From: a virus
IMG/VR virus record: IMGVR_UViG_3300045988_108118
Reading direction: 5' to 3' (one strand)
Length of the DNA: 46,320 nucleotides
In this document: positions 30,712 to 39,534 of the stretch, one piece after another
Layout of the letters: the number at the start of each line of letters is the position of its first letter
Position numbering within the stretch: position 1 is the stretch's first letter
Made by a program: the position numbers and the translations under genes
The notes under the pieces: generated by a model
The model's database searches: none
What the model was told of the DNA's origin: nothing
What the model saw: only the letters and a program-made list of their open reading frames with translations

Positions 30712-31104
30712 TTATTTAATTTCAGTGCCTTTGATACCGAAAATCTGATACGGGATGGTACTTTCCCAGTGTGTTGTGTCACCGGAAAAAGGCGTTCCGA
30801 TCGTGATGTTTGCGCCGTCAAATGTCACCATACGGTTAATGCTTCTGTCATTTGCTGTTACGCAACATCTTGCACCGCGCACTACGATATTTTCCATTAC
30901 ATACTGCGGGGAAACAGACGTGTATGCTTTGACGGTAATACAATAAGCGGCATAAAGCTGGGTGCCAGTATCGGCTGTTCCGCTGCCATATTCAGATGTA
31001 TGGTTGCCATTTGTCCAAAGCAGGATTTTCTCGGCATCGGCAAGATTCTCAAAGGTCTTTTTGAACTTGTCACCGCCTCCCGGAATCCTCGGTGCCACAC
31101 CCAT
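30712..31104 (-). CDS. Small fibre-region protein with an MGVAPRIPGG N-terminus (paralog pair).
   Basis: ATG at 31104 overlaps the upstream-ORF stop (TGATG). The ORF-track start at 31128 is less likely. Confidence 0.7.
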   Translation of the reverse strand: MGVAPRIPGGGDKFKKTFENLADAEKILLWTNGNHTSEYGSGTADTGTQLYAAYCITVKAYTSVSPQYVMENIVVRGARCCVTANDRSINRMVTFDGANITIGTPFSGDTTHWESTIPYQIFGIKGTEIK

Positions 31105-31181
31105 CAGCAGTACCCCCGCGCAGCACATGCCGCAGATTTCTTACGGGGGGGGGTAAAACTACGTACGAACGAATGTTTCAT
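31104..31181 (-). CDS. 25-codon upstream ORF containing the C9 tract.
   Basis: RBS TGGAGG. Translation MKHSFVRSFTPPRKKSAACAARGYC. Its stop overlaps the ATG of 30712-31104. Confidence 0.35.
   Translation of the reverse strand: MKHSFVRSFTPPRKKSAACAARGYC
31145..31153. repeat. G9 homopolymer (C9 on the coding strand).
   Basis: Direct reading: ttacGGGGGGGGGtaaaac. Confidence 0.95.
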
Positions 31182-31193
31182 GCTAAACCTCCA

Positions 31194-31922
31194 TCAACTT
31201 TGAATAACCCACCGCGCCCGGATCTCGGCGGTAGGCTTTTCTTTTACCTTAACCAGCACCGAATTGTACGCCGTGACCGTCACGCCGTCGTTGATGATGT
31301 CCTGCACTTCATTCAGCACATCATCGGTAGCGGGCACCCCGGTCTTATCGTAGCCGATGCCGGACAAAAACTCGCTGGCAGCCGTCACCACCGGCGCATG
31401 GCTGTTCGCGCAGGTCAGCGTAGCCGTCTGCTGGTACAGTAGGCCTTTGGCCTGGTCGGTTGTCCAGGTCGAACCCCAATTGTTTACATTCAGTGTTGCA
31501 TAGTAAACGTTGGCCACCTTATCCGTGTATTTGAAAATGTCCGTGCTCCGCCCCTGCGGGTCGTATGTGCTTTCCGCCAACGCACCAACATCGTCTGCGG
31601 TCAGCACAACAGCTCCGATCTCGCCGTTCACACTTTGCACACGGTCAGAGACGGGAGTTTCCCACTCTGCATCAAAGTTGGCTCTACTCTTTTTCGTCAA
31701 GACCTGCCCAGAGATACCACCAGAAGGGATACCGTGTGTATCTCCGCCAGTGGACTGGTCAACCCACTTCAAATCGTAGTCAGTTGCAGACTTTTTAGCC
31801 AAGACCTGACCCGATGTACCGCCAATAGGAACTTGGGCGGAACTATTCATGGTATCAGCCTTGTCGAGCAGGTCATCAATCTCTTTGCCAGTGTATTTGA
31901 GGTTGTAGCCTTGGTCAGCCAT
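31194..31922 (-). CDS. Tail fibre protein with duplicated 'GG(T/I)SGQVL.KKS' motifs.
   Basis: GGTSGQVLAKKSATDYDLKWV and GGISGQVLTKKSRANFDAEWE. Confidence 0.8.
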   Translation of the reverse strand: MADQGYNLKYTGKEIDDLLDKADTMNSSAQVPIGGTSGQVLAKKSATDYDLKWVDQSTGGDTHGIPSGGISGQVLTKKSRANFDAEWETPVSDRVQSVNGEIGAVVLTADDVGALAESTYDPQGRSTDIFKYTDKVANVYYATLNVNNWGSTWTTDQAKGLLYQQTATLTCANSHAPVVTAASEFLSGIGYDKTGVPATDDVLNEVQDIINDGVTVTAYNSVLVKVKEKPTAEIRARWVIQS

Positions 31923-32158
31923 TATTCTTTCACCTCGTCTGTTTTATTGGAACCTGTATTCATTTCCAACGTATCTACGTGCAAATTCACTTCTTGACTA
32001 GCTTGCAGGTTGGCAATTTGCTCATTCTTTAACTCTGCATTAAGTTTCAAAAGAGCATTTTCAACAACCAAAGACTTGACCATAAGCGGCATTGTAGAGT
32101 TGTTGATGACGGCAAACAGGTCGCGTTGCAGGTTCATAATTACTTCATTGTCACTCAT
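31922..32158 (-). CDS. Hypothetical protein (78 aa).
   Basis: ORF with an ATGA-type junction to the fibre gene. Confidence 0.6.
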   Translation of the reverse strand: MSDNEVIMNLQRDLFAVINNSTMPLMVKSLVVENALLKLNAELKNEQIANLQASQEVNLHVDTLEMNTGSNKTDEVKE

Positions 32159-32168
32159 AGTGTCTCCT

Positions 32169-34043
32169 TTACCATGCGTTGCCTTGGTGGGCAGTTAGCA
32201 GATATTCCCAAGTGGGAGTGCCTTCTTGGTTTGTGTAGTTTACACGGGACAAAGCCACATTGTGACCGTCAATCCTTAAACGCTTACATTCAAGATAACC
32301 TAGACCATTCTCGCCACCGATTGACAAGTGTCCCTCGCCAGAACCGTCCGACTCAAACATCATAAATGTTTTGCCGGATGCGTTGCGCATAGCCATCTTG
32401 GCACCGCCTTGGTCTGTATATATGTCTACACGCTTGTCACTAGAGCCTTGGTCGCCGTAAACAGTGATGTGACCTAGCAGGTAAGAACCGCCAACGCCAT
32501 CGGAATAAATTCTTACAGCGGGGGACCACTCGCCAGATGCAACTTTTTGCGACAATATGATTTCGCCATCACCAACAATGGCTTTGCTGTAAGTTGTCTG
32601 CGAGGTTAGCGTTCCTGTGATGCTTACAGTGCCATCTTGCTTTAGCTTGAAGTTATCAGAATCAACGACAAGTGTGCCACCCTTGAATGTGATTGTTCCA
32701 GATTCAATTGTTACAGATGTTTGGTCAAGAGCGAACTTAGAACGAACATTGCCATCTGTAACGGCAGTCAATTCAAACTTATTAAAAGTTTGTTCGAGTT
32801 GCGTGTATTGAGTGCTTAGACCGCTGATGTCTTTCGTTGTCTGTTCAGCCTTTACGGTAAGGCCATCAACTGTTTCGGAGATTTCAAGAATCTTTTGTTT
32901 TGAGTTGTATTTGGCGTTATTCACCGTAGTGGTTGTGTTTCGGTTAATAGAACCTACGCTCTCGAACGTGCATCTGTTACCGGAGCGCTTAATTGATGTA
33001 ATCCAAGTGACAAACTTTCGCTTACCATCCGTTACCGTTACGATGTCGCCAGCGCGAATATCAAGCGTTTCGGGAGTCTGAATGTTGGAACATGGCACAT
33101 AGACCATGTTGTTCAAGCGGTCGTACAGATTCTTTACATACGGTCGTAGCGTTGCATCGGAGTCAGTAACAAGCAACTTGTTACAGCTTATAACCAGAGC
33201 ATTTGTGCCTGCCGCATCAGCGGGATAAATAACGCCTACGTCATCATCAGACTGTTTAACTTGAACTTTATCAATTGCGGTAACGGTGAAGTCGGAAAAT
33301 GTAAGCTGGCCAGAGAAGTACGGAGTGCTTTCCGGCTGATACACAACATCAGCTGTGCGGAGTTTAACAACCTGACGGTCGCGGAGAATCTTGTTCTCTT
33401 TATCGTATGCCGTCTTGTGAAAGCGAAGGCTCTTAGACTTGTTCGTGGCAATAAGCAACTCCGAGTTAGTGACGTACCACGCATACTCCAATTCTCCATT
33501 GGCAGCGGCACGAATGAAGCACCCGGTAGCCTGTGCCACCATCTTCATCAGGTCGCGGCCAGTGGAACTGTTTGCCGTAAACGCCTGTACGGGATAATCA
33601 CCGTTGATAGGCGGGACATTCTTGAATGTCAGCCCACACTTTGCGGCAAGACTATTTGCAAATGCCTCAATCGTAATCGGGAAATTGAGCGAGTTCAGCC
33701 AATCAGCAACATCAATGTCCAGCTTTGCGATGTTATCGTAAGCAGTTACTTTGTATTTATTGCCGCCGTCTTTCTCCGGCTTTTCGCAAGTGTAAATGCC
33801 AATCTGGTATTCAGTGCCAGTATCAGCATCAACCTTATAGTAAGTCAGAGTTGACCCTTGCGCGATGGCAAGAGAGCCATCAGAAGTAATCCAAAACTCA
33901 ATGTCGATTGCATTGGCACATACAGCACCGGGCGTGATGTTATCGCTATCAGAGTTTACCTGTTCAGTCCAGCTAACGCTAACGATGTTATCGTACAAGA
34001 CAGTGCCATCGGCTAACACGAACTTGTTATAGAACATCGTCAA
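32169..34043 (-). CDS. Tail tip / baseplate hub (Tal-like) protein.
   Basis: 624 aa, in the position after TMP and Dit. No catalytic motif recognised. Confidence 0.8.
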   Translation of the reverse strand: MTMFYNKFVLADGTVLYDNIVSVSWTEQVNSDSDNITPGAVCANAIDIEFWITSDGSLAIAQGSTLTYYKVDADTGTEYQIGIYTCEKPEKDGGNKYKVTAYDNIAKLDIDVADWLNSLNFPITIEAFANSLAAKCGLTFKNVPPINGDYPVQAFTANSSTGRDLMKMVAQATGCFIRAAANGELEYAWYVTNSELLIATNKSKSLRFHKTAYDKENKILRDRQVVKLRTADVVYQPESTPYFSGQLTFSDFTVTAIDKVQVKQSDDDVGVIYPADAAGTNALVISCNKLLVTDSDATLRPYVKNLYDRLNNMVYVPCSNIQTPETLDIRAGDIVTVTDGKRKFVTWITSIKRSGNRCTFESVGSINRNTTTTVNNAKYNSKQKILEISETVDGLTVKAEQTTKDISGLSTQYTQLEQTFNKFELTAVTDGNVRSKFALDQTSVTIESGTITFKGGTLVVDSDNFKLKQDGTVSITGTLTSQTTYSKAIVGDGEIILSQKVASGEWSPAVRIYSDGVGGSYLLGHITVYGDQGSSDKRVDIYTDQGGAKMAMRNASGKTFMMFESDGSGEGHLSIGGENGLGYLECKRLRIDGHNVALSRVNYTNQEGTPTWEYLLTAHQGNAW

Positions 34044-34072
34044 TCACCTGCCAATCTATCATAGTTATTATA

Positions 34073-34468
34073 TTACGCTCCTGTGCCGATAATGTCAAAC
34101 TTAAAATCACGATACAGGCCATCGTAGAAATAAGCACTGTACGCAGAACCACTTGACGTAGAGCAGTAGGCTTCAAATGTCTCCGGGGTTCCGTCCTCTT
34201 TCGGGCAAGTAAACTGGAATGTCTTGCCTTGGACAAGGTTATTCATGTAAGCCATCTGCTCTCTCGTTACGGCCTTGTAAGAGAACTTTGCTTTAGGGAT
34301 TCTTTGTTTGACCCACTCGATGTGCATAACTCCATCTTGCGTGCGGCCAGACCCATCTGCGGAGATGGAGTTCCACTCCATTTGAACTCCACCGTCCGCA
34401 TCAGGTTCATACAGGGGCGAACCGTTGACAAAAAATTCTGTTGACATTTTTCTGTCAAGACTAGCCAT
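34073..34468 (-). CDS. Distal tail protein (short Dit-like).
   Basis: 131 aa, directly downstream of the TMP. Assigned by position. Confidence 0.6.
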   Translation of the reverse strand: MASLDRKMSTEFFVNGSPLYEPDADGGVQMEWNSISADGSGRTQDGVMHIEWVKQRIPKAKFSYKAVTREQMAYMNNLVQGKTFQFTCPKEDGTPETFEAYCSTSSGSAYSAYFYDGLYRDFKFDIIGTGA

Positions 34469-37230
34469 TAGTATGCACCCCCGTTAATTACAGATTGCTT
34501 GCGTTCGTAGCGAGAAGCCGCACGACCGATTGTATCATCACCGATAGATACAGACATATCCTTGTTGTTAATTGCCTGCACGACAGCCATACAGCCCTGC
34601 CAGAACACGTCTGCCATGGCTTGGTTGGCGTTCATTTGGGCTTCACCAACAGAAGATGCGTCAATGCTTACAGACCCGTTCACATTGCCAATGCCGAGTG
34701 CAGGAACACTCAACGCGGATTGCATACCAGCTGCAAGACGGCCAGTGGCAGCATAGACTAAGTTGGAGTTATCATCAATGCCATTAGCCAAGCCGCGCAT
34801 GAAGTCTGGCATCCATTGTTCATAGCTGCGAAGCGGCCCCTCGTCAGGACGAGAGAAGTGCAACAGGCTAGTAATCTTGTCGGCAACCGCGTGAATTGCG
34901 TTTCCTACTGCGTCTTTAGCCCTCGAAATGCCATCAGCGAAGCCTTGAATCATATCTTTGCCCCATGTAAGAGCATCATTGACAAGGCTCGACAGGTCAC
35001 ATTTCTTTTTGATGTCGCCTATGACATCGGTGACTTTACCAAAGAAAGCGCGAATACCGTTCACTAAGCCTTGGACAATCATGTTGCCAAAGTCAGAGAA
35101 CACTGTGGACGGAGAATGAATACCAAGTTCTTTTTTAAATCTGGCAGGGATTTCAAGTGCCCAATCAACAACTTCTTTAATTGCGCGAGGAACACCCTCA
35201 ACGATGCCCTTGATAAATCCGTCAATGATAGCACCAGCAGCATCAATGAATCCGTTCACCATTTCCTTGATTCCCTCGCCAACGCCATTAACGAAGTTGC
35301 GGAAAGTTTCAGAGTGCTTGTAAAGTGCAATAAATGCAGCGCCAAGAGCCGCGACAACGAGAATAACTGCGTTTAGAGGGCCACCAACAAGCATAACTGC
35401 GTATTGGACAAGGAAAATTGCAGTCTTTACGGCAGTGATGACCGTTATAGCAGTTCTAATAACGCCGATAACGCCAGTAATAGCACCGACAACAATCGCA
35501 ATTACGCCAACAATAGGAGCAATGACACCAATGACGTACCCAATCTTTTGAGAAATGCTTTGCACGGCATCGCTGTTTTGATTCAAGTAATCAGTTAAGG
35601 TGAAAATCTTTTCGAGAATCGGGCCAAATATATCTTCTGCAATGCCCCAGATAACACCCAGAGAATCAGAGAAGCCTTGAATAAAGCCGTCTGCGGCAGG
35701 TGCAAGAACATTGTTTATGATAGATGCAAGTAGCTGCATTGCGTTATCAAGGAACCACAACGCATCAGCAAACATCTGTGCACCAACACGACCCTCGCCA
35801 AAGAAGTTTTCAAGAATCGAGATGTCGATGGTAGTCATCAGATTTCCGATTGCAGAGAACAACTCTTGCGCACTGGCAAACAGGCTATCCTTGTGCGAAT
35901 CCCAGATTGACTTCATGTTATCAAGAGCATCCTGCCAAGCCTGTTTCAGAGGGCTGACAATTGCTTCCATATCAGGAGTTACCTGCTCTTGGCTCCACAT
36001 TGAACCTGGGTCGATTCCGAGAGTTTCACCAGCACCCGAACCAGACTTAGATTGAACAACTTCAAGTTCGTCAAACCCAGCAAGGAACGCTTTCTGCGCC
36101 TTAGAACCTTGTTTCAAAGAGTTAGCATAGTTGACATTGTTCTTAATTGCCTTGTTATAGAACGAACGCCCAGTTAAGGCAGAAAGGAACTGCGACAGCA
36201 TATTAAATGCGTTTGCAATCGCTGATGCCAGCATATTGAACGCAGGTGTCAGCAAGGAAATGATAGGCTCTACCGCGGCCATGATTGCGTTACGCATGAA
36301 CAGCATGTTAGACGCAATCGAGGATACGTTATCGTTGAAGCTGGCAAGACTACCAGTAGCGCCAGTGTCGAACTGCTGCGACCAGATAGCCATAGCTTGT
36401 GTGGCTTGGATGGCAGCGTTCATAATTTCTTTGATAGCGCCACGAACTAAACGATAGAACGTAATATTTTTGATAGAACGAGACAGCTGGGCAAAGAACG
36501 TGTCGTTCTTTTTGACAGCACCAGTTGCATCATTAGCGCTTCGACTAAAAAATCTAAGAGCAGTAGAGGCTTGGTTTGTACTCTGCGTTGCAGTTTGTGA
36601 CGCAAGAGAGCGCTGATATTCTGCGGCAGCTAATTGCTCTGCGGCTCGCATGGATTCTTCGGCAGCTGACAGGCCACCAAACATGCCAACATTATCGCCG
36701 CCAAGAGAAGATTCTGTGTCTTTAACGGCACCATTAACGGCTCGTTTTAGCTGCTTAAAGCGGTCTAACTTCTTCGTTGCAGCGTCAAGCTGAACGCCGA
36801 GCGCATTGTATTCGCTTGCAACAGATTGTGCGCTGTCGCTTGTTATGCCTTGTTCGATGCTAACTTTGCGATACTCAATCATCAGCTGCGCCATCTGGGC
36901 TTTCAGATTCGTTACCTCTGACTTAGCCCGTCTAAACGCATCGTTGATTTGTTCTTGACGCTCTTTCACCTGCTCATAAGTAGCAGGGTTGGCTTTCGTT
37001 TTAGATACAGCAGCATCAGCAGCAGCTTTTGCGTCTTTCATCTTTTGAAAGCTATCAGCAACTTGGGCTACTTGTCCCTTTATGGCCTGACCAAATTGAG
37101 AGGACGCAATTGTTTTTGTAACGTTTGAAACAGTGTCGCCCAACTTAGAGAATTGATAGTTGAGCTGGCCGAGAGCAGTAAGCGCTTGGTCAACTTTAGC
37201 GCTAATTTCAAATCCGAGTTCATCAGCCAT
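34468..37230 (-). CDS. Tape measure protein.
   Basis: 920 aa. Coiled-coil N-terminus, long hydrophobic Gly/Ala/Ile/Val segment, position after the G/GT chaperones. Confidence 0.9.
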   Translation of the reverse strand: MADELGFEISAKVDQALTALGQLNYQFSKLGDTVSNVTKTIASSQFGQAIKGQVAQVADSFQKMKDAKAAADAAVSKTKANPATYEQVKERQEQINDAFRRAKSEVTNLKAQMAQLMIEYRKVSIEQGITSDSAQSVASEYNALGVQLDAATKKLDRFKQLKRAVNGAVKDTESSLGGDNVGMFGGLSAAEESMRAAEQLAAAEYQRSLASQTATQSTNQASTALRFFSRSANDATGAVKKNDTFFAQLSRSIKNITFYRLVRGAIKEIMNAAIQATQAMAIWSQQFDTGATGSLASFNDNVSSIASNMLFMRNAIMAAVEPIISLLTPAFNMLASAIANAFNMLSQFLSALTGRSFYNKAIKNNVNYANSLKQGSKAQKAFLAGFDELEVVQSKSGSGAGETLGIDPGSMWSQEQVTPDMEAIVSPLKQAWQDALDNMKSIWDSHKDSLFASAQELFSAIGNLMTTIDISILENFFGEGRVGAQMFADALWFLDNAMQLLASIINNVLAPAADGFIQGFSDSLGVIWGIAEDIFGPILEKIFTLTDYLNQNSDAVQSISQKIGYVIGVIAPIVGVIAIVVGAITGVIGVIRTAITVITAVKTAIFLVQYAVMLVGGPLNAVILVVAALGAAFIALYKHSETFRNFVNGVGEGIKEMVNGFIDAAGAIIDGFIKGIVEGVPRAIKEVVDWALEIPARFKKELGIHSPSTVFSDFGNMIVQGLVNGIRAFFGKVTDVIGDIKKKCDLSSLVNDALTWGKDMIQGFADGISRAKDAVGNAIHAVADKITSLLHFSRPDEGPLRSYEQWMPDFMRGLANGIDDNSNLVYAATGRLAAGMQSALSVPALGIGNVNGSVSIDASSVGEAQMNANQAMADVFWQGCMAVVQAINNKDMSVSIGDDTIGRAASRYERKQSVINGGAY

Positions 37231-37600
37231 CTACACCACCACCCTCTTTTTTGTGTTTTGCTTTTATCATCTTGTTCCACTCCAAAGACCAAGCATAGAA
37301 TCTCGCTGCATCCGCGTTCATCTTCTTGGTTTTTTCTTCCTCTGGTGTTGTGGTTAAGTTCAAGTTAAGCGGCTTTTCTGGATAAGATTTCTTGCCAAAA
37401 GAAGCGCCGAGCGCATAGGCAACATACATGCCGTTAAGCCATGCGGCAACATTGCTTGTTTCAAATTGCAACTCGGTTTTTACTTTGAAAGCATCAAAAA
37501 ATGGTTGTAGCAAAAGAGGGTTGAGCGACCAGAATGTGTCATACCCAACCCCCATTGCTAACGCTTGCGGCAACCATCCTTTATAGACGGCTTCACGCAT
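37223..37600 (-). CDS. T portion of the tail assembly chaperone, expressed as a G-T fusion by a -1 frameshift.
   Basis: The -1 frame from the slippery site is open and runs into MREAVYKGWLPQ.... Confidence 0.75.
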   Translation of the reverse strand: MREAVYKGWLPQALAMGVGYDTFWSLNPLLLQPFFDAFKVKTELQFETSNVAAWLNGMYVAYALGASFGKKSYPEKPLNLNLTTTPEEEKTKKMNADAARFYAWSLEWNKMIKAKHKKEGGGVDG

Positions 37601-37611
37601 ATTTTTGTATT

Positions 37612-37929
37612 TTACGCTTTCTTTGCGGGAACTTTCTGCACAGTTGCTTTCCCCGCGTCCGCTTTCTTGGCGAGAGACTGAAAAAAACCGCTGTTTTCCA
37701 TAGCATCAGACATTGCCTTAACCAGTTCGGTAATGTCGCCGCCACCCTCGACAAACTTCTCGATTTCCTCACCAGCTTCGTCAGGGGAGATGCCCAGACC
37801 GATAGCAACGAAACCGCGAAGCATGGACATTGTCTTTCTATCTTCACCGAGAGACACGCCAATGTCTTCGAGTTGGCAGATTGTGTTAAACGTGATTTCG
37901 AGTTTCAACTCTTTGCCGTTGATAATCAT
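37612..37929 (-). CDS. Tail assembly chaperone G.
   Basis: 105 aa, lying between the major tail protein and the TMP. Translation MIINGKELKLEITFNTICQLEDIG... Confidence 0.8.
   Translation of the reverse strand: MIINGKELKLEITFNTICQLEDIGVSLGEDRKTMSMLRGFVAIGLGISPDEAGEEIEKFVEGGGDITELVKAMSDAMENSGFFQSLAKKADAGKATVQKVPAKKA
37681..37687 (-). promoter_or_regulatory. -1 programmed frameshift slippery heptamer U UUU UUU.
   Basis: Zero frame is GGT TTT TTT CAG. The -1 frame has no stop until it joins 37223-37600. Confidence 0.75.
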
Positions 37930-37969
37930 AATTTGTTCTCCTTGTCAAATATGACTTAGCGTAATATTG

Positions 37970-38057
37970 TAAGGCGTTCCCACCTCGTCCAACTAAGGAC
38001 GCAAGGCACGGGGTGAGGGGAAATTCCCCTGCAAACCCCGTAAGGAGAACGCCTTGC
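37970..38057 (-). other. GC-rich multi-helix RNA element between the major tail gene and the chaperone gene.
   Basis: Outer helix AAGGCGTTC/GAACGCCTT; inner helices CGTCC/GGACG, ACGGGGT/ACCCCGT and GGGGAA/TTCCCC; competing pairing GCAAGGC/GCCTTGC. No U-tract. Confidence 0.45.
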
Positions 38058-38065
38058 TGCGTTTA

Positions 38066-38488
38066 TCAGGAAGTGGGCTTTGTGGTTTTAACCTCGCTGT
38101 CGCAAGTGACAACAATCTTTGCTTCCACAACAGAACCAGTGCCAGTGCCGGAAACGTAGGTAGTGACCTGACCAGCGAAGTAGAAAGAACCCTCGCCGCC
38201 TGCACCATCGTTACCGAAGTCCAGTTCAAAGTAGTGGGTAGAGTTGTCGTCCAGAGCCGCAACTTTTGTAAAGTTGTCCTTGGTGTAGTTGTAGGTGAAC
38301 TCAAAACTGCCAGTGTCTTGCAGACCTTGGATATAGCGCTTCATCTTGTCACGCAGAGTGGTGACTTCGATGGTATCAGGAGCGGAACCCAAATCGGGGA
38401 AATCCTTGACGGGAACCAGCTCTGCGTAAGTGCCTGCCGCAGTATCGGAAGTTTTGAGGACAATATTATAACTGGAAATAGCTGCCAT
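38066..38488 (-). CDS. Major tail protein (TP901-1/phi13-like).
   Basis: YAELVPVKDFPDLGSAPDTIEVTTLRDKMKRYIQGLQDTG. Confidence 0.9.
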   Translation of the reverse strand: MAAISSYNIVLKTSDTAAGTYAELVPVKDFPDLGSAPDTIEVTTLRDKMKRYIQGLQDTGSFEFTYNYTKDNFTKVAALDDNSTHYFELDFGNDGAGGEGSFYFAGQVTTYVSGTGTGSVVEAKIVVTCDSEVKTTKPTS

Positions 38489-38494
38489 TTACTA

Positions 38495-38899
38495 TTACCC
38501 CCTAAAGGTCGTATCGGTTGATGTGTCGATAATGGCCGTGAAGCGCATCACAACACGTTCGTATTTCTGTGTCTTGTCTCCCCTGTTCGGGTCATACGAA
38601 TCCATCTGAAAGCCAAGCCCTTGCATCGCATTAGACACAAGCAAGGAAATTTGAGTTGCTTGAACCCGGTCGTTGTCGCCTTGCGTATACACGTTCACAT
38701 CAAAAGCGTATCTCGCATGATGCCAGCCAGCGGAATCATAAGTCTGACTTAACAGGCTGTTATCAATCTGGGTAACAATCACGGCGGGATAATGCGCATC
38801 GCCTTTATTGTAACCTGCATACACTCGGACGTTCTCAACGTCTTTAAGTTTCGAGAGAAGATACTTGCGAATATCAATCTCGTAGTTCTTGATGTCCAC
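38495..38899 (-). CDS. Tail terminator/completion protein (DUF3168-like).
   Basis: Assigned by position, plus IRKYLLSKLKDVENVRVYAGY...YPAVIVTQ. Confidence 0.7.
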   Translation of the reverse strand: MDIKNYEIDIRKYLLSKLKDVENVRVYAGYNKGDAHYPAVIVTQIDNSLLSQTYDSAGWHHARYAFDVNVYTQGDNDRVQATQISLLVSNAMQGLGFQMDSYDPNRGDKTQKYERVVMRFTAIIDTSTDTTFRG

Positions 38900-38901
38900 G
38901 A

Positions 38902-39528
38902 TTACTTCTCCTTTAACTTAATTCCGTTTTGCTGGAAGTAATACTTAGCCAACTTAGCGCCGTTGTCATCGAAATACTTCTTAGCATCGTACATCTGGTG
39001 TTGTGACGGTTGACCACAAGTCAGATAGTGAAATGCTCCATCTCTGCTACCGTTGTAACCAACGACCACAGGCATACCCCTGTCATCCTTAGTCCAATAA
39101 GGTGCCCAAGTGCCAACCTTGGAATGGATAAACTTACCATCTATGGTCTTGAACGTCTGTTCGCCACCAGACATGTCACCAGAGTTGTAGCCGTTATAAG
39201 GGAAAGAACCCTCTGGCTGCGGCCCATCGGCTGGATATGGATATTGCTGACCGTTCAAGCCAGTGCCGTACTCAACATAAATTGCACGTTCGTCCGTGTT
39301 TTTTATGCGAGTGCGGTAATATTTGCCTACCTTTTGCGGTGGTTCCATATCAGCTGTCTTTGACAGAGAGCCGGGAAGCGAGAACTTGTAGCGGTCGAAA
39401 GTCTTTTCTGTCGCATAATCCAAAGCGCCTTGCGTGTGCTTTTCAAGGTCTTTTGCAAGAAGTTCATACTGCTTGGCAAGAGCTTTAATGTTCTTTACGC
39501 CAAGCCAAGTTCTTCTTACTTGAGCCAT
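38902..39528 (-). CDS. HK97 gp10-family neck/tail component.
   Basis: ERAIYVEYGTG motif and position. Confidence 0.75.
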   Translation of the reverse strand: MAQVRRTWLGVKNIKALAKQYELLAKDLEKHTQGALDYATEKTFDRYKFSLPGSLSKTADMEPPQKVGKYYRTRIKNTDERAIYVEYGTGLNGQQYPYPADGPQPEGSFPYNGYNSGDMSGGEQTFKTIDGKFIHSKVGTWAPYWTKDDRGMPVVVGYNGSRDGAFHYLTCGQPSQHQMYDAKKYFDDNGAKLAKYYFQQNGIKLKEK

Positions 39529-39534
39529 AGAATC

